Assembly (NCBI GenBank): GCA_024626585.2
Contig: JANKJI020000002.1
Span: 25,419,461 to 25,437,893 of the forward strand
Direction: 5' to 3'
Length of the DNA stretch: 18,433 nucleotides
Source: Ginkgo biloba
Taxonomy: Eukaryota > Plantae > Ginkgophyta
Below, in pieces: positions 11,364 through 18,433 of this stretch (the first letter of the stretch is position 1; every line of letters begins with the position of its first letter). Below the pieces are notes generated by a model that saw only the letters and a program-made list of their open reading frames with translations, had not been told where the DNA came from and searched no databases. A program made the translations under genes and the position numbers.

Positions 11364-11873
11364 NGTTTGAATATGATAATGTAATACCTATTTTTGTCAA
11401 CGTACAAGAAGTAAAGCAAGAGGTTTATGATCCCTTGGGCACATTGGATGAAAGGAGTAGAAAGCTTCAAAATAGAGAGATAATGTATATAGTTGATTGA
11501 TCAAATAAGCCAAATGCAGAAGCCATGTGGGGATGGACTATCTATGTATGTGAAGTTGGCTTCACTAAGGGCAATGATCTTTCCACAACAGGGAGAGGAG
11601 TTACAGGACAATCAATTCAAGCAAATTTGACCTTGAAAAGAGGGAAGAGTAATGAAATGAGAAAGGAAGGCAATGTGTGGTCTCTATAGGTATTAGTTGC
11701 ACTGCTTGGGGTAGCTTGTACAAGAAAGAAAGAAACCATTAAGGGGTAAAGAGGAAGCCCACTATAAAGTGTCTTCATTGAGAGAGTGACACGTAGCAAA
11801 TATAATCATATGTTGACGGATGGGATGAAGGGTGGTTTGGGCACAACTTTAGCCAATCTCATGACAACCTAGA
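11364..11873 (+). mobile_element. Chromovirus 3' tail: chromodomain, polypurine tract (11590-11600) and start of 3' LTR
   Basis: DPLGTLDERSRKLQNREIMYIVD*SNKPNAEAMW, then AGGGAGAGGAG-TTACA; homologous to 15940-16380 in both protein and LTR sequence. Confidence 0.8.
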
Positions 11874-11875
11874 TT

Positions 11876-12230
11876 ATGTTTTGTTGTTTTCGTTCTCGTT
11901 CATGTTCCCGTTTTGCCGCCACGGGTATCTTTGTTTTATCTTTTGTTCTGTTTTTCATTTTTCATTCCAATTGTTTCCATTTTGCCACAAGTATTTCATT
12001 ATGTTGTTCATATTCTCTTTCTTGTTCCATTTCATTATGTCATTCCCATTTCATTATTTTTTTGTTCTACTATTTTTATTTTGTTCCATTCTACTATTAT
12101 TGTTTCCATTTTGTTGTGTTGTCTTCGTTGCCATTTCATTCCATTCTACGATTCGTATTCTCATTATGTTCCATTTGGCCTCCCCTGTTGAAGTTTTGTT
12201 CACCCATTTCGTTAGATGCGATCGGTCAAA
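11876..12230. repeat. Degenerate T/C-rich low-complexity minisatellite (TTCCATTT/GTTCCATT/TCATTAT units)
   Basis: Recurrent TTCCATT(T/C), GTTCC and CATTAT words with strong T skew; few stop codons explains the overlapping F-rich ORFs in all three plus frames. Confidence 0.75.
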
Positions 12231-12320
12231 CAAAAATTTTCTAATATATAGTTATAGATATTTTTTACTAAATCATTGACCAATAATATTTATATATGGA
12301 TGGATTTTATTTTTTAGAGG

Positions 12321-12449
12321 GTATATATATATGTATGTGTATGTCTACACACACACATATATAGATATATATACATACATGTATATATGTATGTGTATGT
12401 ATGTATATGTGTGTGTGTGTGTGTGTGTACACACACACGTTATATATAT
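12321..12449. repeat. Compound (TA)n/(TG)n/(CA)n microsatellite
   Basis: Direct inspection: alternating purine-pyrimidine tract including ~(GT)9 followed by (AC)5. Confidence 0.95.
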
Positions 12450-12454
12450 GGACA

Positions 12455-12579
12455 ATATGTGTATCTCTGTTAAGAGGTGGATTAGATATATGGATGATAT
12501 GAGTGGCCCGATTAGACACATCTCTATTAAGAGGTGTATCTCTATTATTCGGTGACCTGCATAACAGAGATACACATAT
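12455..12579. repeat. Short element bounded by a perfect 18-bp inverted repeat, with internal direct repeats (MITE-like)
   Basis: ATATGTGTATCTCTGTTA (12455-12472) and TAACAGAGATACACATAT (12562-12579) are exact reverse complements; ATCTCT(G/A)TTAAGAGGTG occurs twice. Confidence 0.7.
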
Positions 12580-12671
12580 NNNNNNNNNNNNNNNNNNNNN
12601 NNNNNNNNNNNNNNNNNCCTGCATAATTTATATACACACATAACATAGGTAATGACGCCTAGTCTATACAA

Positions 12672-12768
12672 CCAACAAGTTATAGTAGGTGGCACTGTGT
12701 TATTGGCTCAATGTCCCCTCAAAATCCCAAGATCTAATTACATAGTGCCACCTATTGTAATTTTTTGG
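12672..12768. repeat. Imperfect 35-bp hairpin with a 27-nt loop
   Basis: 12672-12706 pairs with 12734-12768; core TAGGTGGCACT / AGTGCCACCTA. Confidence 0.85.
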
Positions 12769-13538
12769 CCATATAGCTTTCTCTAAGATAACGGGGGGGC
12801 TCACATTATGTGGTCGATCCATGTAATAGGAGGCCTCTATTGNNNNNNNNNNNNNNNNNNNNNNNNNNNNNNNNNNNNNNNNNNNNNNNNNNNNNNNNNN
12901 NNNNNNNNNNNNNNNNNNNNNNNNNNNNNNNNNNNNNNNNNNNNNNNNNNNNNNNNNNNNNNNNNNNNNNNNNNGTTTAAACCTTTTATTTTATTACTTT
13001 AATAATGGTTTAATTTTTACTCAAGCATACAACTATTCTCAAAAGCAAAGCAAATTTAACATCTCTACATTTTTTATTTTTGGAGATGCTTTTTAATGTT
13101 TTAAGGTTTGGCAATGTGTGGTGTTTAGGAGTGGTTATATGTTAAGTTGGATTTAGAAATAAAATATTATAAAAGGACATTAATACANNNNNNNNNNGCG
13201 ATAGGAAACTTTTATATCTACTTTTTAATTAGTTAAGGATTATTTTGGAGGTGATGGATGGCTATTTTTTATTTTAAAAGTAATTTGGGAAATCAAAATA
13301 ATTCTCTTTATTTTTCATGTATTAAATTAATATTTTTTTCTAAGATCTAAAATTAATAAAATACTTCTACACAAGCAATGTAATTCAGGTTGTTAGACAT
13401 TCAAAATCACTTTGATGAGTTGCATATTCTCTTTATTNNNNNNNNNNNNNNNNNNNNNNNNNNNNNNNNNNNNNNNNNNNNNNNNNNNNNNNNNNNNNNN
13501 NNNNNNNNNNNNNNNNNNNNNNNNNNNNNNNNNNNNNA

Positions 13539-16170
13539 GAAGGGCTAGGCCCAGTTATCAAATACCATATGAATAAAGATAATGCAGAAAAAGAAGTGAA
13601 GAGACAAATTAAAGAAATCTTGGAGCAAAGTTTCATCAAGATTGCAAGTGTTTGTTTGGAGCTCAAGTATTATTGGTAAGAATGAAAAATGAACCTATGC
13701 AGATGTGTGTTGATTATCAAGCACTCAATAAAGTTACAGTTGAATCCTCTTTCAAGGATAAACAACTTATCAAACAATATGGCATGTATTGCCACTTTCT
13801 CAAAAATTGATTCGAGGAAAATTTGGATCCACAAAGATGATGTGTAAAAGATTGCTTTTACTCCTAGGAATGGCCACTATGAACTTTTATTGATGTCGTT
13901 TGGATTGATGAATACACTAGGTACTTTTATGAGGCTTATAAATAATATCATCATGCTTTACCTTGGGAAGTTTATTGTCATGTTTTTTAATGACATTTTG
14001 ATTTTTAACAAGAAAAAAGAAGAGCATTCAAAGCATGTGAGAATGGTATTGGGCATCCTTAGAAAGGAATAGATATATATCTAAATGTGACTTCTTTAAA
14101 GAAGTAGTGGAAGATTTGGGCCATATTGTTTTGTCCAAAGGAATTCCAGTTAATCCTACAAAGATTAAGTGATTTGCCAATGGAGGACACCCATGTATGT
14201 TTATGAGAATAGAAGTTTTCTTAGTTTGGCAAGATTTCACCAAAGAATTGTCTTAAACTTCACCGAGACCACAACACCTCTTAACAGAGTTGTTAAAGAA
14301 GTCCAAAAGATTATTAAAGTCAAAAAACATCAAGCTAGTTTCAAGTTGTTGAACCTAAAGTTGATTGAATCACCAATTGTCGCCTTACAAGACCCAACAA
14401 AGCCTTTTACTATCTTCACAGATGTTAGTTGTGTAGTTATTCAATTTTGACTCAAGAAGGCAAAGTCATTCAAGATGAAAGGTAAAAAAAATAGACACCC
14501 TATTTATAACCTGGAGCCATAGCCTATAATTCATGTATCAAGATTTGAAATCATTTCTTGAAAAATAATGAATTTGAGGTTGTGATTGATCATAAGTCGT
14601 TGCTCTCTTTCTCACCTAAAGGAGAATTAGGGACTATAATATATCAATGGACCATGAAATTTGAAGAGTTTCAACCAAAATTGAAATACCAAGTTGGGAA
14701 GGAAGAACATTGTTAGTGATGCTCTTTCAAAAATGTAGTAGCTAATTAGGGACTAATTTTGTACTAAGTTGTTTTCATTGATTAATAAAATATTACCTTC
14801 AATAAGAAAAACATACATCAAGGTGGTGCAAGGATCATTAAGAAACAAAATTAAAGAAGCTAAAAAAAAAATGCAAGTGTCATTAAAATGAGATCATCTT
14901 CAAAACTTTCGAATTGAAGTTGATATTTTGGAGTACGGGAAAAGAATTGTAATCCCTGGCATTTCACAATTAAAGTTAAGATTTTGTATGATAGTCCCTT
15001 TACAAGCCATGTTGTAAGAGACAAAACCTTTGAAGCAGCATGGGAGTATGTCTACTGGAAAAACATGAAGAAAGATATCGCAAATTATATAATGCCTAGT
15101 GAATAAAGCAAAAAGAAGTCAACCAATAAGTTTATTCATAATTACTTATTCACAAAGGAAAAGCAGAGTATCTCTATGGATTTTGTCATTCCTCTCCCCC
15201 AAAAATGCAAAAGCAACATGATCAAATTTTGATAGTGGTTAATTGGCTCACAAAAATGGAAAGATTCATCCCTTGTAAAATGACCCACAAGGGTGAAGAT
15301 TTGCAAATATTATGATGGCTAAAATATTCACAATATTTAAAGTACCAAAGAGCATTATAATTAATAGAGATACTAAATCACTAGCCATGTATTGAAATAT
15401 TTTTTTTCAAAATTTGGATACTCAATTGATCTTCAATAGTGGTGATTATTCTAAAAGAGAAGGGCAAATACAGAGGGTACATCAAATCATGGAGGACATG
15501 TTGAGGTCGTAGTGACTAGTGAGCAAACAAGTCATCCATTTGTGAAATTCTCTTACAATAATAGAAGGCATTCGACAACTAGTATGGGTATGAACCCCTT
15601 ATTCCCTTGGTTTTAGGCCATAAATTTTAAGCAAATAACACATTTTCTTTAGAAAATACTCAAACCAAATGCAAGAAGAGTTGACAGAATGCCTAAGAAA
15701 TTATAACAAGGCCAAGATCGTGCCAAGTTATATGCAGACTAGTAGTGGGAGGTACAATGTATCCTTAGGTAAAACCAACTAGTCACTATCTACAAGAAGA
15801 TGTACCAAGGTATCACCAACGTATTATGGACCTTCCACAATTTTAGAAAAGAGCAATAAAGTAGCTTATAGATTGCAATACCAACTTCTGTCAAGATGCA
15901 TCCAATATCTTATGTTAGTTTCTTAAATGAGACATTATCTCAATTTGATAATGCTATGTCAACATTCGAGGATGTTCAAGTAGAGAAAATAGTCTATAAT
16001 CCAATTAAAATACTTGATAAGAAGTAGGTTGAGATTCTCAACCGAGAGATAAAGGAACATATCGCAGAATGGTTCAATAAACTGATTGAGGAAGCCACTT
16101 GGGAATTAACAACTTTTATTCATGAAGTAGGCCTCATTGAGAAAAATGACTTCTATAAGGCAAGGGAAGA
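13539..16170 (+). mobile_element. Degenerate Ty3/gypsy chromovirus pol: RT - RNase H - integrase - chromodomain, ending in a polypurine tract (16157-16170)
   Basis: RT: MCVDYQALNKVT, FSKID, KIAFTPRNGHYELLLMSFGLMNTLGTFMRL, VMFFNDILIF (for YxDD), SKCDF..LGHIV. RNase H: PFTIFTDVS, VIDHKSL, VSDALSK. Integrase: YWKNMKKDIA, ISMDFV, IINRDTK, EGQIQRVHQIMEDMLRS, EFSYNN, RYYGP..KVAYRL. Chromodomain: PIKILDKK..NREIKEHIAEWFNKLIEEATWE. Domain order is gypsy-type. Confidence 0.95.
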
Positions 16171-16990
16171 TATTACATACTAGTCAAAGCAAAGCAAATT
16201 TGAACTTAAGGAAGAAAAAAATTAATGCAATTAATGAAGAATCATGAAGTGTACCCTATAGTTATTCGTGGCACTTGTAGGGGCAACTTTGACCAATCAA
16301 AGGAGGAAGTTTTCAAGCTAGTTACAATCAAATGCCTAGGGTAAGGTACCTCAAATCAAAAGGTGACACGTAGCAGACCCTCATGGGATAGCAACTAAAG
16401 CATAGGATGATTCTAGCCACATCAAGCTAGCTCAAGGGGGTATTTGAGCATCCAAGATGCTTTTAAAAAGAAGGCTAGTACATTGTTTAACACTGTTTAG
16501 ATTGTATCCATTGGAATTGGCTTGTATGTTATTGTATACTAATTATAGAAGACATTAAAGGGTTGATGTTTTGTTTCTAAAGGAGGATGGAGTTGATTCC
16601 TGGCAAGTGACTTCTCCTAGCATCGTGATATTGTAATTTTGATCATCAGATAACTATAAGAGATATGCTAAGTGTGACGAGGAGCTTCCAAGAAAGGAGT
16701 GACACTCTCTAGGGTCTTAGCTCATGTGTATTAATTGTTAATCTCATAAAGGTCGTTGCTAACAGGGAGTGGAATTTAACCCAAGTTTGAAGACCAATGA
16801 GGTGAAGGGTTGGCACTAGTGAGGGAGTAGATTTGCCAAGCACAAAGGATTCATACTCTTGACACCATCAACCTTAGTAGCATACAGTGAAGAAGACGAA
16901 CTAGAGCCTACAGAGACAACAAACTTTAAAGAAACCAAGTATTGACTTTGTCGAGTTGGTTTCTCCGCCCAAGAATGGTCACTAACTTCC
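16171..16990 (+). mobile_element. 3' LTR of the chromovirus (3' boundary uncertain)
   Basis: Starts TATTACA (decayed TG) immediately after PPT AAGGCAAGGGAAGA; the first ~200 bp are homologous to the LTR start at 11600; non-coding. Confidence 0.6.
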
Positions 16991-17880
16991 TAATTCTACT
17001 TCTATGTCTAAATTCAATTTTTTCTTGCTATGTCTCAATCAATTATGGGTTCATGTTTAAACTTTTAATTTGCTTAATTGGTAATGGTATGTTGGTCCAT
17101 TAAGAGAATGTTAATGTTGGTTTTTCAACTTATAAATAATTATACTTTTTTTTGTCCATAAACCCCTATCTATGAGCAGAGTGGATAATTTTTAGATGAT
17201 AAGTTGAAATAAAAAATTGATGTACTATTTATATCTAGATAAATAAATTTACTTTCGCTGGAAAAAAGAAGGTTATTGCTGCAAGTTGGAGTCTACTGTC
17301 ACAACCTTGTGCGTGTTGGTAACACCTCGATTTTAAGGATTTCAAATTTGGTAAGTGGTCTTATATTATGAGTGCAACTTAAGCTTCCATTTCTAAGCGA
17401 TATTTATGCCTACACAACAAATTTCAAAATTGAGTTTATAATGATAAATGGATAAAAGAATGTTGGAATTAGGATTCTTCCTTTGAGCAGTAATCAAGAG
17501 AGTCTATGATGTATTTTGGTTATGTATGAATGATGAAATTGCATGGCAAAATTGTTAGAAGATTCAACTATACCACTTGTATGCTAATTTTACCTAATCC
17601 TATGTCAAGTCTTAAGTTTCGTCAAATACTTAGAGCCTTACACTATTATTGATGTTGCGTGAAGGGCTGGAGTCTAATAAAACAATGATAGTTGCTAGGC
17701 AATAACAATTGTTTGCAGCAGATTCGGTCCCCGACTAATCTGGCAAACCTCGATAGCAAAATGCAAGGGAAAAGCCAAATATTCGCATAAAGGCAACCAG
17801 GATCCGCCTCATTATGACGATTTCGAGCCAAAGAGTTCCAAAAAATGACACATCATCATCAAACAGGCACGACATGACAC

Positions 17881-17943
17881 AAAACCACCCTCAGACAAGT
17901 AAAACCACCTACGAAGAAGCAAAACCACCTTAGGAGTAAACCA
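17881..17943. repeat. 20-bp periodic AAAACCACC repeat (3 copies plus a partial)
   Basis: AAAACCACC at 17881, 17901 and 17921 with variable 11-nt spacers. Confidence 0.85.
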
Positions 17944-18001
17944 GCGAGTCAAACATAGTTGACTGAGTCAAATAGCCCTTATATCGTGGTCAAAGGAGTT
18001 G

Positions 18002-18077
18002 GCGATGATGTGGCAACATTAGCGATGATGTGGCAACATTAGCGATGATGTGGCAGCATCAAGGATGACGTGGTAAC
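18002..18077. repeat. 20-bp tandem repeat GCGATGATGTGGCAACATTA (2 exact and 2 degenerate copies)
   Basis: Units start at 18002, 18022, 18042 and 18062. Confidence 0.95.
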
Positions 18078-18433
18078 AACATTAAGGCATTCAAATTCAT
18101 TGGTCAAAGGCAATCAACGATAGTCANNNNNNNNNNNNNNNNNGCAAGAACAACGAATTAAATCCTTAAAATGAAGGTACAACCATCTTAAATAAGGTTG
18201 TACGACCTCCTATGATACCAATTGACCTGACAATACGAAATTATGGCATCATACCTTAAAGAAACTAACTTTTAGGTGCATTTATGGCGCAGTCAAACAT
18301 GGTCAACGCCTTGAGCCAACTTAAGTATAAAATTCTAACGCATTTAAGGCCCAACCGACCCTAATTAATGATGTACAATGCATTTATGAGCCCTGACCGA
18401 CCTAATGTATAGATTATGACATCATTTTAAGGT

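Larger units (their letters stand above)
17650..18433 (-). mobile_element. Probable LTR fragment rich in short tandem repeats (orientation tentative)
   Basis: Shift to higher GC and CpG starting at TGATG (17650); TATA-like ATATAAGG on minus at ~17977-17984; U3-like repeat clusters further right; no coding homology. Confidence 0.4.

Noticed and set aside
11876-12695. Overlapping F/C/Y-rich and H/T/Y-rich ORFs of 74-132 aa
   Set aside because: Artefacts of T-rich low-complexity sequence and dinucleotide microsatellite lacking stop codons
17260-17356. Possible plus-strand exon ending in TG|GTAAGT at ~17351
   Set aside because: No convincing acceptor and no recognisable peptide
17881-17943. Repeat-spacer pattern (AAAACCACC with variable spacers) superficially CRISPR-like
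   Set aside because: Repeat is only 9 bp and spacers 11 bp, 3 copies, eukaryotic TE context, no cas genes; the same applies to the 82-bp periodic motif

Overview
AT-rich, CpG-depleted, gap-riddled eukaryotic (plant) DNA made almost entirely of old, decayed retrotransposons. The pattern suggests a large-genome plant, possibly a gymnosperm (inference only). Contents in order: a degenerate L1-clade LINE ORF2 (minus, 1-2539); a probable chromovirus tail with LTR-like DNA (minus, ~3600-4388); a ~460-bp diverged inverted duplication of an LTR-element 3' tail (4489-5726); a better-preserved LTR with a tRNA-iMet PBS (minus, 5910-7040); an unexplained AT-rich block with one candidate small host exon (7161-10260); Ty3/gypsy integrase and chromodomain/LTR fragments (10270-11873); a low-complexity, microsatellite and hairpin cluster (11876-12842); a near-complete degenerate Ty3/gypsy chromovirus pol with PPT and 3' LTR (13539-~16990); and a repeat-rich LTR-like segment (17650-18433). 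No intact protein-coding gene, RNA gene or CRISPR array is supported, and I find no convincing novel biological system. The best leads are the long inverted repeat, a G-U-biased hairpin, an ABRE-like motif conserved in two diverged LTRs, and the candidate exon.
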